Assembly (NCBI GenBank): GCA_000004695.1
Contig: CM000150.2
Coordinates: forward strand, 4,288,001-4,352,000
Origin: Dictyostelium discoideum
Lineage: Eukaryota
Reading direction: 5' to 3'
Length of the DNA: 64,000 nucleotides
The notes under the pieces were generated by a model. The model was not told the origin of the DNA, made no database searches, and worked only from the letters and a program-made list of their open reading frames with translations. Made by a program: the position numbers and the translations under genes. Positions 24,372 through 39,218 of this stretch are shown piece after piece (within the stretch, counting starts at the first letter, position 1; every line of letters begins with the position of its first letter).

Positions 24372-25145
24372 ACAAAATAAATGAAAAATGTATTATCAAT
24401 ATAAAACAACACAAAAACAATAATAGGTGAATGTAATAATCAAGAATGTATGTATTTACATGTTAATCCTGAAGAAAAGGTTAGAGAATGTCCATGGTAT
24501 AGTCGTGGATTTTGTAAACATGGTCCAAAATGTAGACATAAACATATAAAGAAATTATTATGTGAAAATTATTATTTAGGTTTTTGCCCAGAAGGCCCGA
24601 AATGTAAATATGGTCATCCTAAATATGAATTACCAAAAGAAGAACCAGAGAAAAAAGTTAATATACAGGAACAATTTGAAATGGAACAGCAACAGCAACA
24701 ACAGCAACAACAACAACAATTTCATCATCATCAACAACAAAATCAACAATTTAACGGAATGGGTGGAAATAATAATAATAATGAATTTAGACCTAAACAA
24801 CAATTTCAACAAAACCAACCATTTAATAAAGGTGGACCAATGGAAAATGGATTCAATCCTAATAAACCAATTATTTGTCATAAATGTGGAACACCTGGTC
24901 ATAAATCGAATGCATGTCCAAATTCTGAACAATTTAAACAAGGTAATGGACCACCAGGCCAACAATCTTATGGTGGCGGCGGTGGAGGTTTTAAACCTCA
25001 ATTTAATAATGGCGGTAACCCTCCAAATTTAGAATCTGTAATTTGTAAAAAATGTCAACAAACTGGTCACTATGCAAACAAAGTAATTATCATATAATAT
25101 TATTTTTATTTTTCTCTTTTTATATTTTTTATTTTTATTTTAACA

Positions 25146-25239
<94 letters not shown>

Positions 25240-25372
25240 TTAGTGTCCGAATAAAAAAGTGGGTGGATACCAAGGTTTTAATAATCAGAATCAACCACCT
25301 CAAGGTGGTCAACAAAATATGTATTATCAACAACAACCACCTCAAGGTGGTCAACCTCCCCCTCATTATTAT

Positions 25373-25403
<31 letters not shown>

Positions 25404-25408
25404 ATTGA
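23820..25408 (+). CDS. CPSF30 (cleavage and polyadenylation specificity factor 30 kDa subunit, CPSF4/Yth1 homolog). Four exons: join(23820..23916,24004..24204,24427..25082,25244..25408).
   Basis: It encodes five CCCH zinc fingers ([99 protein letters not shown]). The match to human CPSF4 is near-colinear. A poly-Q region and a CCHC knuckle CHKCGTPGHKSNAC follow. A final exon follows a (TTA)n intron. Donors and acceptors were checked for phase. Confidence 0.8.
25145..25238. repeat. (TTA)n microsatellite forming most of CPSF30 intron 3.
   Basis: The run lies between the donor at 25083 and the acceptor TTTTAG at 25243. Confidence 0.85.
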
Positions 25409-25686
25409 TGTGTTTTATTTTAAAAAAAAAAAAAAAAAAAAAGAAAAAAAGAAAAAAGAAAGAAATCAAAATAAAAAAAAAGATAAAGAAAAAAAAGAGA
25501 AAAATATATTTGTAAATAATTTAAAAGAAAAATAAAAAAAAAGGTTTTAAAAGAATATTCAACATCAATGAAAAATAATAAAAAATTAAATTTTAAACTA
25601 ATTTATTATAACTAGTTGATTTTTTTATTTTTATTTTTTTAAAGTTTTTTTTATTTATATAATTATTATATGTGATCATTGATATT

Positions 25687-25832
25687 TTATTGACTAAATG
25701 AACCTTGTGCATCATAATAAACTGAGGCATCAGTATCAACATTTGAAGATGAATTTACACTAGAGTTTGGAGAATTGAATATACTATTATCAATGTTTCT
25801 TGATATGTTACTATTATTACTATTATTATTAA

Positions 25833-25898
<66 letters not shown>

Positions 25899-25913
25899 TA
25901 AAATTATTTTGGA

Positions 25914-25953
<40 letters not shown>

Positions 25954-26268
25954 TACACCCAACACAATAGAATCCATTATTGAATCGGTAATCCCTAAAT
26001 CGTTTGTAGGAGGGTTTATATCATAATGGGATTCTGTAAAGTTGGTATAATGTGGATAAAATTGGTCCACTGTTTGAATTGGTTGTTGTGGTTGTTGATT
26101 TAATGGAGTGTGTTCATCTTTTTCATAGAGATCGCTATCTTCTTCGTCACTTTCAATGAAGGGTTTATAAGTTTGTTCGCTATTATCATTATTATTGTTG
26201 TTGTTGTTGTCATTATTGTTGGTAGTTGTAGTAATGGTGGTGGTTTGGTTATTATTATTTACATTTGG

Positions 26269-26364
<96 letters not shown>

Positions 26365-26966
26365 TTCTTGTTGTTCTTGCTGCTGCGATATATTCTGTTC
26401 TTGATATCCTTTATGTAAATCTTTAAATGAGGCTGTCATATATCTTGTATCTTGTTGTTGTTGTTGAAGTTGTTGCATTATTGGTGATTTTATGAATGAT
26501 GTTTTTGGTCTTTGATTTGCATTTGGTGATGGTGGGGAATGAACGTATGTATTATGCTGTTGTTGTTGTTGTTGTTGATCTTGATGATCTTGATTGTATT
26601 GTTGTGGTTGGTACTGTGAATTTCTAGGTTTATTATTATTACTATTATTGTTGTTGTTGCTATAGTATTCATTTACATTTATTACTGAGCTTGAAGTACT
26701 TTCTAAACTATCTCTATAATTTGTATGATCAAGTTGTATAACTGTTGGTGGACTATATGTATCTATTACTCTAGGGTCAAGTGCTTTTTTTTTTTTTTAA
26801 AAAGTAATCGAAAAAGAATAATAGTTAGAATTGGTTTATGAATAATTAAAAAAATGATTAAATACTTACGATTTGGATCATAGTATTCTTCATATTCTTG
26901 GTCATAGATGAATGGATCATAAGGTGTTTGGGACCTTTTGATACAGCAACAACAAATATTACCCAT
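25687..26966 (-). CDS. Q/N-rich (prion-like) protein with the N-terminus MGNICCCC. Two exons: complement(join(25687..26783,26870..26966)).
   Basis: Exon 1 is MGNICCCCIKRSQTPYDPFIYDQEYEEYYDPN. A GTAAGT donor is at 26869. Exon 2 is in phase and carries a long poly-Q (CAA/CAG)n and poly-N. The N-terminal Gly2 plus a Cys cluster suggests acylation. Confidence 0.6.
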
Positions 26967-27700
26967 TGTTTGTTTTTTTTTTTTTTTTTTTGTTTTTTTT
27001 TTTATAAGATTTTAATATATTATTATTATTATTATTATTATTTTTATTGTTAAGTGTTTAAAAATTTTCTATATTTGTGTAGGTTTATTTTTTAAGTAAA
27101 CTAAAATTGATTAAACTAGTTTGTGGAGGTTTTTTTATTTTTTTAAAAACTTTTATTTTTTTTATTTTTATTTTTTTTTTTATTTTTTTATTTTTTTTTT
27201 TTTTGAATAAAATTATGATGTTTTTTGAGTTTTCAAACAATTTTATTAAAAAAATATAATAATTTAATTATTTTTTCGATTCTTTATTATTTCCCTTTTT
27301 TTTTATTTGTTATTTTTATTTTTCAATTCTTTTTAAATTTAATTTGTTATAATATATATATATTTTTTTTTTAAAAAAAAGAAAATATTGAATTGTTTTT
27401 TGTTTTTATTTTTTGAAAAATAAAATAAATAAATAAATAAAAAAATAAAAATAAAATAAATTTTAAATCTTAAATTGAAATTTTATTATTAAAGTGTTTA
27501 ATTTTATTTTTATTTTTATTTTTATTTTTATTTTTATTTTTATTACTATTACTATTATTATTATTTATTATTTTTATTACTATTATTATTATTATTAATA
27601 TTATTATGTTAAAAAAAAAAAAAAGAAAAAAAGAAAAAATAAACAATTAAAAATGGTGGTGTAGTGTGGTGTGTAAATATTAATTAAATTAAATTTTAAA

Positions 27701-27742
<42 letters not shown>

Positions 27743-28256
27743 AAAATAAAAATTAAACAATTATTAAAAATTTACAAAAATACACGATTTGTAAAGGTGG
27801 GGTATCGCATAAAAGAAATTAGGAAATAAACATTAAAATACAATAAAGAAATAATAATTCTTGTTTTCAAATAATACTATTGAAAGAGTGATCAAAAAAA
27901 AAAAAAAAAAAAATAAAAAAATAAAAAAAAAATAAATAAAAAAAAATAAAAATAAAAAAATTAAATTAAATTAAAAAAAAAAAAAAAGAATTTTAATTTT
28001 TATTTTATTTTATTTTTATTTTTATTTTATTTTTTTATTTTTTATTTTTTAAAAAATTAAGAAATGGTGGCAAAATGTACTCAGCAATGCCAGTCTATTT
28101 TTGGGTTTAAAACGTTAGTCTTCTTAAAATAATTTTATCATTAATAATATTTTAATAATCACCAGACATAATTAAACAGTTTTTTTTTATTTTTTTTTGG
28201 AATTCCAAAAAAATAATTGTTTTTTTTTTTTTTTTTATTTTCAATTTTTTAATTTT

Positions 28257-28293
<37 letters not shown>

Positions 28294-28334
28294 CTTTTAA
28301 TATTATTGGTATTTGGTTGAAATTCACACTAAAT

Positions 28335-30020
28335 ATGGGCATCGATAATAAAAAGATAGTTGATGAATTAAATGAATCAACATCATCATCATCGTCATCA
28401 TCATCGTCAACCTCAATAAAACATGTTATTGATAAAGTTTTAATAAGATCAACAAACACAACAACAATATCACCAAATTTAAAATCTTCAAAGAAACCCA
28501 AAAAAACTATTTTGGATAATAAAAAAGATTCAGAAGATTTATTTGAACAACCAGACCAATTAGAAACAAATGTTTCCTCAACAATTTCATATTTAATTGA
28601 ATCAAAGGTAAATTATTAAATTAATAAATTATTAAATTCATAATTTCTAATAATAATTTTTTTTTTAAAAAAAAAAAAAAAAAAGAAAAAACTATTTAAT
28701 CAAGTTCAAATTGAATTAGATAAATCATCAAATAAAAAAATTGGTATTATAAATTTACAAAATGATATTAAAACATTAGAGATTGAAAAAGAGGAAGCTA
28801 TTAAACGAATTAAAGATGCAGAAGATGGTATAATCAATAGAATTGAAAAGACAGTTTCATTCGATAGAGAATTAAGATCAAGATTATCATCAATCGAGAG
28901 TGTAATTAATATAATTGAATATTTTGAACATTACAATCACCTATTACAACAATATCAACAAGAGATTAAAAGTCAACAATTTATATCAGCAACCAACACA
29001 TTCATTAAAATGTCTGATTGGTTCAATCAATCAAACAATCAACCCTATGAATTATCAATGATTCTATCAGCACCAACTCAACAACCAAGAATTATACCAT
29101 CAATTAAAGATCAATTAAAAAAAAGAAAGAATCAATTAAAATCAACATTATTAGAATCTTTTACAAATTCAATTATTATAACTTCAAATTTTGAAATTCA
29201 ATTATTTCAAATTGAAAATAATAATAAAAAATATCAATCATCATCATCTTCATCACAATCTTATACAGTAGATTTAATTCAATCATTAGAATTATTAGGT
29301 TTATTTAATCATACAATTACTTCATTTACATCTACTTTATTTCAATCATTTTTACAACCAATTATAAAGAAATTAAATTCATTAGTTCAAGATGATAATT
29401 ATTTTATTAATAAAATAAATAAACAACAACAACAACAAAGAAACCTATATAAGGAAGAAGAAATTGATAATGGTGAATTAATTTGTTTTAAATTTTGTGA
29501 AAATGATGATAATAATAATAATAATAATATAGGGAAAATAATAACTATTCCAATGATTTATGAGTTTATAATCAAATTATTTGAATTTTTAAAAAGAAAT
29601 TTATTTGGATCGTCAAATGAAGAAATTATTAAAAAATTTGGACAAGAGATTTGGAGTGATCTATCTCAATGTATATTGGATGAATTATTAAAATATAGAA
29701 TACCAAAAGATATAAATCAATTAAATCAATATCATTCAACTATAAAAAATTCAACAATTGATTTTGAATCAAAAATTACGAATGATATTTTATTTTTAAC
29801 AAATAATAATAATATTATCAATTCATCATTATCATCATCATCGTCATCATCAAAAATTATAAAAACCAATCAATTAACAGAATTTGTAAATAATATTGAA
29901 TTCCATTATTCTGAAAGAAAAAGAATGTTACTTTTATCAAAAGCTAGAGAAATTATATTAAAAGATAGATATCAATCAATTCAATCAAATGATTCAATTT
30001 TATTTTCAAATTGTAATATA

Positions 30021-30116
<96 letters not shown>

Positions 30117-31082
30117 TCAATTTGCACAATTCAAGGATATTATTTCGAAAATAGATTAATATTAGAATCAACTAATTCATTATTATCATTATGTATTTCA
30201 ACATTAAAAGAATCAAAAAATGATAGTAATATATCATTTCAAAGTTGTAGAGATATTTTTGACATTTATCAAGCAATCTATTTAAAACATCATATTTCTA
30301 AATTAGAAAAAGTACCAACTTTAGCATGTTTATTTTATAATAGTTGTTTATTCTTTTCTCATTGCTTTTTAATTTTATCAATTGAAAATAATAATAATAA
30401 TAATAATAATAATGATAATAATAATAAAAATGAAATATTTACATTCATTGATTTTTCAAATAAATTTAAAGAAATTGGTAATATATTTTTTAGTAAATAT
30501 ATTAGAGAACAATTGAAATGGATATTATCATTTTTAGAGAATACGGAATTTTCAAATCGTTTAGAGAATACTAAAGATCAATTAGTGTTTAGTAAAATTC
30601 AAAATAATTTCACAAATATGAATAATGAATTAAATAGATTATCATGTATTTGGAAGGACGTTTTCCCAAGAGAAGATTATTTTGAATTAATTTCAAAATT
30701 CTCTGAATCAATCATAGCAACCATTATAAAGATGATTTTAAAATTACAAAATATTGAAATGGTAGAAACTCAAAAATTATCTGAATTAATATCTTCACTA
30801 TATCCAGTTTTCATTAGATTTTTCATTTTCAATGGTGAATCTGAAGATTTACATAAGAATAGAATGAAATTAGTTAAAAGTTGGAAAAAGTTTTGGCAAA
30901 TTAAAATGGTATTAGAATTACCATTAAGTGAAATAGTTGCACTCTATAATAAAGGTCATCTAAATAAATTATCAAATAATGAATTAAGATTATTAATCTT
31001 AAGTATTTTTGATGATTTTGATTTAAAAACTCAATTCTTATCACAATTAAATAAACAAATTCAACAACAATCTAAACAATAA
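28335..31082 (+). CDS. zw10: ZW10 homolog, a kinetochore and RZZ/NRZ-complex protein. Two exons: join(28335..28607,28686..31082).
   Basis: The segment GQEIWSDLSQCILDELLKYRIPKDINQLNQYHSTIKNSTIDFESKI aligns with human ZW10 [45 protein letters not shown]. The C-terminal segments also align. A GTAAAT donor is at 28608. The acceptor AG at 28684-85 keeps the frame. Confidence 0.7.
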
Positions 31083-31352
31083 AAAAAAAAAATAAAAAAA
31101 ATACAAATAAATATTAAACAAAAAAAAAATAATAAAATCAAAGAATGATATATATACATATATAATTATAATTATTATTTATAAAAAAAAAAAAAACATT
31201 TACTTTATTTATTTTTTATTTCTAATTATTATTATTATTTTAATTTTTTTTATTTTATTTTTTTTATTTATTAGGATAATGAGAGAGAAGAGGAAGAGAA
31301 AACGATTGGCGAATGTAAGTGTAGTATAATGATATTATTTTAGATTTTATTT

Positions 31353-31383
<31 letters not shown>

Positions 31384-31398
31384 TTATTATTTATAATT

Positions 31399-33235
<1,837 letters not shown>

Positions 33236-33907
33236 TTTTAGTAAAAGCGTTTATATATATATAATAAATATATAATATATAAACTTTTTTTACACAAATA
33301 ATATTAAAATAAAAAAAATAAAAAAAATAAAAAAATAAAAAAAAAAAAACTAAAAAAAAATTAAAAAATTAAAAAATTTTTTAAAAAAAAAAAAAAAAAA
33401 AAAGGCAAAATATCTTCAAAAAAAAAAAAAAAAAAAATAAAATAAATAAAAAGAAAAATTGAAACAATTTTTGAAAATTCGGAATGTCAACCCCTTTTGT
33501 CAACACATTTTTTTAGTCAATTTTTTTTTATTTTGGTTAATCGCTCACAAATAAATATCAGATTGAGTTTATAAATAGGTTTTAAACATATAAGAGGGAC
33601 TTTAAAATAAAAAACAATTACAAAAAATGAATGATAAATAAATTCTAAAAATTTTTGATAAAAAAAAAAAAACAGAATGGTTACATTCATTTTTTTATAT
33701 TTTTATATATCATTTTGTGTATTTTTGAGTGCTCTATTTTTATATTCTATATTCATATTAAAAATAAAAAAAATTTAATCATTGTTTAAAAAAAAAAAAT
33801 TAATGAAAAAAAAAAAAAAAAAAATGAAAATCTCAGATTTCTTTTTGGTTTTTTTATTTTTTCCCCTCCTCCATATTAATTTTGAAATTATTGGATTTAT
33901 TTATTTA

Positions 33908-35986
33908 TTATTTTTGAATTAAAAATAATTCATCTAATTCAGATTTTGTAACAGTAGCAGGTGAAGAAGTCATTAATTCTTTACCACCAGAAGTTTTTGG
34001 AAAAGCAATAACATCACGAATTGAATTTGAATTTACTAATAGTGAACATAAACGATCAAAACCTAAAGCAATACCACCATGTGGTGGACAACCCATTGAA
34101 AGTGCAGTTAAAAGATGATTGAAACGTTGGACCATGTGTGGTTCCAATTTTAATACTTTTTCTAAAACACGTAATTGTACATCAGAGTTATGAATACGAA
34201 TTGAGCCACCACCCAATTCAACACCATTTATAACGATATCATAATGTTGGCCTCTAATCTTTGAATAATCAGATGGAGTTGATAATGGATTTAACAATAG
34301 ATCAATATCCTCTGGATGAGGAGCTGTGAATGGATGATGGGTTGATAATAGTGCTGATTGTTCATTCATGTAATCTGATGGAGTGAATAATGGGAAATCT
34401 ACAACCCACAAGAAATTGAATTGTTGTGGATCTAATTTTAATAAATTCAACTCTTTTAATAGATTTGCACAATAAATTCTAGTTTTACCAAGTGTTGATT
34501 CAACTTGGAATCTTGGACCAACACTAATTAATAAAACATCACCTTCTTTTAAATTCATTCTTTCAGTGATTAAAGTCTTTTCTTGTTCCGATATACTCTT
34601 TGAAATTAAAGATTTCCATTCATTATTTGATTTAATTTGTACAGTGATTATTGAATTTGATTCTGTAGTGATTTGATCAAGATGTTTGGATTTTAAAGTT
34701 GGTAAAACTTGATCTAATTTTATGCATTTAATGACAGGTTTAGATTCTTTGAAATTGTTTGATGCTTGAGATAATGCATTTTTAAATAGATTAATATTAG
34801 TTTCATCCTTATTGAAACAGTCTGTAATATCGACGAGTTTCATGTCATAACGAGTGTCAGGCTTATCAATACCATAGGTTGATAGAACTTGCTCATAGGT
34901 GTAGAATGGGAACTCATAGTCAATGTTGAAACCAGCCTCTTTCCAAAGTGTTTTAACCAATCCTTCAATGATACGATAAATCATTTGAGTATTTACAAAT
35001 GAAAGTTCCATATCGATTTGAGTGAATTCAGGTTGTCTATCTGAACGTAAATCTTCATCACGATAACAACGTGCCAATTGGAAATATCTGTCAATACCAC
35101 CTACCATAAGTAACTGTTTATATTGTTGGGGTGACTGTGGCAAGCTGTAGAATTGGCCTTGGTGTCTGGTTGGCACCAAATACTCTCTTGCACCCTCTGG
35201 TGTTGGTCTAAAGAGTGTTGGTGTTTCAACTTCAATGAATTGTTGATTGATTAAATAGTTTCTTGCTGCCATTGCTACCTTTGATCTTAATCTGATATTA
35301 CTTTGAACTTTGTCTCTTCTCAAATCAACATAACGATACTTTAATCTTAATTCCTCAGATACCGCAGTTGAATCATGTTCCACTGTAAATGGTAAATCCA
35401 CACAATTATTCAACAATTGTAATTGGTCAACTGAAATTTCAATTTCACCAGTTGACATATTCTTATTTACCATACGTTCTGGTCTTGCTATAACTTTACC
35501 TTTAATTGAAACAATTGATTCTAATTTAAAAAGTTTAATATTCTCTTCAATACTATTACGCTCATTTATATCAATATTTGGAACACTTGATTTTAATATA
35601 CATTGTTGTTTTAAATCAACATAACATTGAACTTTACCATGTCCATCTCTAATCACTAAAAATACGTTATCTCCTAAATTTCTTAATGAATTAATCCAAC
35701 CATAAATTATAACTTCTTTACCAATATCTTTACTTGTAATTTCACCACATGAATGACTTCTTTCAATAATATTTAAAATTTTATTATTTATATTTTCATT
35801 TTTATTATTATTTATGGTATTTGTAAAATTTCTTTTATTAAATTGATTAATTTGTTGATTTTTTATTATCGATGTGGTTGATGAAGTTGTGATATTTAAT
35901 AATGATAAACAATTTTTGTTTTTAATTATTGGTTTATTTAAAACATTTAAAAATATTTTAGAATCTTTTAATATTACTCGATTCAT
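33908..35986 (-). CDS. maspS: Aspartyl-tRNA synthetase, bacterial/mitochondrial type (DARS2-like), single exon of 692 aa.
   Basis: The class-II motifs FRPTPEGAREYLVPTR, QSPQQYKQLLMVGGIDRYFQLARCYRDEDLRSDRQPEFTQIDMELSF and GGGSIRIH...GCPPHGGIALGFDRL are typical of bacterial-type AspRS. The N/S-rich N-terminal extension is consistent with organellar targeting. The gene symbol is my guess at the dictyBase style. Confidence 0.85.
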   Translation of the reverse strand: MNRVILKDSKIFLNVLNKPIIKNKNCLSLLNITTSSTTSIIKNQQINQFNKRNFTNTINNNKNENINNKILNIIERSHSCGEITSKDIGKEVIIYGWINSLRNLGDNVFLVIRDGHGKVQCYVDLKQQCILKSSVPNIDINERNSIEENIKLFKLESIVSIKGKVIARPERMVNKNMSTGEIEISVDQLQLLNNCVDLPFTVEHDSTAVSEELRLKYRYVDLRRDKVQSNIRLRSKVAMAARNYLINQQFIEVETPTLFRPTPEGAREYLVPTRHQGQFYSLPQSPQQYKQLLMVGGIDRYFQLARCYRDEDLRSDRQPEFTQIDMELSFVNTQMIYRIIEGLVKTLWKEAGFNIDYEFPFYTYEQVLSTYGIDKPDTRYDMKLVDITDCFNKDETNINLFKNALSQASNNFKESKPVIKCIKLDQVLPTLKSKHLDQITTESNSIITVQIKSNNEWKSLISKSISEQEKTLITERMNLKEGDVLLISVGPRFQVESTLGKTRIYCANLLKELNLLKLDPQQFNFLWVVDFPLFTPSDYMNEQSALLSTHHPFTAPHPEDIDLLLNPLSTPSDYSKIRGQHYDIVINGVELGGGSIRIHNSDVQLRVLEKVLKLEPHMVQRFNHLLTALSMGCPPHGGIALGFDRLCSLLVNSNSIRDVIAFPKTSGGKELMTSSPATVTKSELDELFLIQK

Positions 35987-36264
35987 TTTTTTTTTTTTTT
36001 AAAAACAAAATAAATTGTTGAAACGAACGAAATGGTTGAATTTTATTTTTTTTTTTTTTTTTAATCACCCAACATTTTTTTTTTTTTTTTTTATTTTGAT
36101 TTTTTTTTTAATTTATTTATTTTTTTTTTTTTTTTTTTTTGGGAAAATTTTACTGAATTTGTGAATTCCCACATCATAATAATTATGTGTAATCCCAATG
36201 AATTTTACCAGGATAATAATGATTTTAATTAAATATTAATTATATTAATAATAAAAATAATAAA

Positions 36265-36345
<81 letters not shown>

Positions 36346-36793
36346 TAGTTTTTAAGTTATTTAAAAAAAAATAATATTTATGGGTTGCTTCAATAAATAA
36401 AAAACATAAAAAAAAAAAAAAAAATTCAAAATGTTTGGAAACAGACATAAATCAAATAAATAAATAATTTTTATTTTCCCACACAAAAAAAAAATTATTT
36501 AAAAATTTACTTTAATTATCTTTTTTTATTAAATCGCCGATTCTTCTGATTAATTTTCTGATTTAATTATTTTTTTCTTTTTTCTTTTTTCTTCATTTAA
36601 TTTTTTTATTTTTTTTATTTTTCCAATTTAAAATCTTCATCGTTACATATCTCATCTGCATTAATAAATCGATTTTTGAGAAACTCATCAATATGTTTTA
36701 AACTTTCCCTAAACTTTATAATCCTCTTTTTTTATTCAACATTTTTTTTTAAATCATTGATGATTCAATCCTGAAATGTATGGCGGTATTCCA

Positions 36794-36830
<37 letters not shown>

Positions 36831-37332
36831 TTAAATATAAAAATAATAAAAATAATAGTAATAATGATAATAATAAAAAATTAAAATAAAAAAATTAAAA
36901 AATAATAATAAATAAAAAAAAAAAAATAATAATAATAATAATTTAAAAAAAAAAAAATTAATATTAATTAATTAATAAAAGATAAGATAAATATATATAT
37001 ATCTTTTTTTTTTTTTTTAGAGTTGTTATTATCATCATCATCATCATCATCATCATCTCAATTTTTTTCTTTTTATGTTATGTATCTATATTGTGTTTTA
37101 AATCTCATGGGGGTCACATAGCATCATGATCAAATAAATTAAAATAAAAAAAAAAAATTAAAAGGGTATTTTTAAAAAAAAAACAAAATAAAATAAAATA
37201 AATAAAAAAAAAAGTAAATTAAAAAAATATTAACAATGTTATAAGATTCAGATTTGTCTAGTTTGGAACAATTATAATAATCAAACAATTAATTTTTATT
37301 GTCAAAAACATTCCCACACCCAATCAAACACA

Positions 37333-37366
<34 letters not shown>

Positions 37367-37779
37367 CTAAAATTATAACATGCCATTATTTTTATTTAAA
37401 AGTTATATTAAAATAATTCCTTTATTTAGGTCTTTCTTAATTTAAAAAAAAAAAAAATTCCTTTTTTTTTATTTTATTTTTTTTTTTTATTTATTTTTTT
37501 TTTTATGATTGTTGACACAATCGTACAAAAAATATGAATATATTTTTGTTTTTATTATTATAATGATATCAATAATTAATTAATTATATAATTAAAAAGA
37601 AAAAAAAAAAATAATAATAATAATAATAATAAAAAAGATTTCGAACTGGTATGATGATCAAATTTAATTTAACCCACTACCACTTATATATAACTACCAA
37701 CCACAGAATTGGAATATATATATACATATATCTATTTTTTTTTTAATTTTATTTTAATTTTTTTTCCTTTTTTTTCTTT

Positions 37780-38080
37780 TGTGGAATTACCCACACAATA
37801 TTGTGAATTAACCACACTCACTCACTCTCTATCATATCAACTACCTACTGTTGTTGTTCCCACCCAACCAAATTAATTTTTGAGTTAGTGAGGGTGGGTA
37901 TATGTTTTTTATTTTTAATTTTTATTTTTTTTTTATTTTTTTTTTATTTTCATTTTGTTGGAAAGATGGTAGTTTGTGTGTGTATGTGCCTCAAAAAAGT
38001 AAAATAATAAGTTTTTTATACACTCCCCTAATATATTAAAAAAATTGGTTATACAAATATACACCCACACTCTCTCAAAC
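37780..38080. promoter_or_regulatory. CA-rich / GGTGGG-containing elements (G-box/CAE-like) in a 3.2-kb bidirectional intergenic region.
   Basis: It contains CACACAATATTGTGAATTAACCACACTCACTCACTC, CCCACCCAACC...GAGGGTGGGTAT and CACCCACACTCTCTCAAACACACACTC. These resemble the CA/GT-rich elements bound by G-box binding factor in Dictyostelium developmental promoters. Confidence 0.3.
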
Positions 38081-38131
38081 ACACACTCTATTTTTTTTTT
38101 ATTCATTTAATTATATAATAATTATTTAATC

Positions 38132-38168
<37 letters not shown>

Positions 38169-38626
38169 CTAAACTAAATTAAAAAAAAAATAATAATAAA
38201 ATAATAAAAAAAAAAACATTAATTAATGGGTTTGTTGTAATTCTGTTAATTATTAAATAAATTAAATAATAAATAGTAACAATAAAAAAAAAAATAATAA
38301 AAATAATAATATCATCTCAATAAAGTTCATATATTAAAAAAAATAAAATAAAAAATAAAATAAAATAATTTAATTTAATTTAACATTGGCATTTATTATA
38401 TTATATTTTTTTTTAATTTATAATAAGCGCAGTGTCATATTTAACCAATTAATAGTATAAAATAATTTTTTTTTTTTTAAAAAAAAATAAATTTATAATT
38501 ATAAATACAATAACAATATAATTAGTATAGATAATCAAAAAAATCTTTAAAACAGTTGGTTTACTTTTTTTTTTTTTTTTTTTTAATTTCTTTATTTATT
38601 TGTTTTATTTTTTTTAACAAATATTG

Positions 38627-38668
<42 letters not shown>

Positions 38669-38855
38669 CACTTCATATACATACTTATATAAAAGTACAT
38701 ATAAGTAAATTTATTATATGTTAAAACATATTATTTATAAATTTTATTTATAAATTTTAAAAATTAAACAATTAATAAAAAAAATGGTTTATTTACATTC
38801 TACACACACACAAATACAAATAAATTCGCACACAAAAAAAAAAACACAGTATCCA

Positions 38856-38905
<50 letters not shown>

Positions 38906-39218
38906 ATAACAATAATAAAAAAAAAATTATATTATAATATTTGTGCCACATTAATAAAAAACTCAAGCAATAATAATAATAAAAAATAATAATAATAATA
39001 ATAATATTGAAAATAATAAAAATAATAAAAATAATAATATTTAATAATAAAACTATAATAATAACAAACCAAGGCCAAATATACTATACAATAAAAATTA
39101 TAATAATAAATAATATAATAAAATAATATAATAAATACTAATAATAATTTATTAGAAAATAGAATAAATAAAAAATAGATATTTAAATATTAAATAAAAA
39201 AAAAAATAAAAAAAAAAA

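Noticed and set aside
24610-25032. Overlapping plus and minus ORFs (24610..25032 +, 24630..25001 -) inside CPSF30 exon 3.
   Set aside because: They are alternative-frame or antisense readings of the (CAA)n/(CAG)n poly-Q tract. The CPSF30 frame is validated by the CCCH and CCHC motifs.
26110-26418. Poly-Leu and poly-Cys ORFs (26110..26418 +, 26195..26404 +), and 25775..26026 +.
   Set aside because: These are antisense readings of the (TTG)n/(TGT)n strand of the poly-Q/poly-N gene on the minus strand. They are low-complexity artefacts.
29953-30171. Poly-Tyr ORF on the minus strand inside zw10.
   Set aside because: Antisense of the (AAT)n poly-Asn tract within the ZW10 coding exon.
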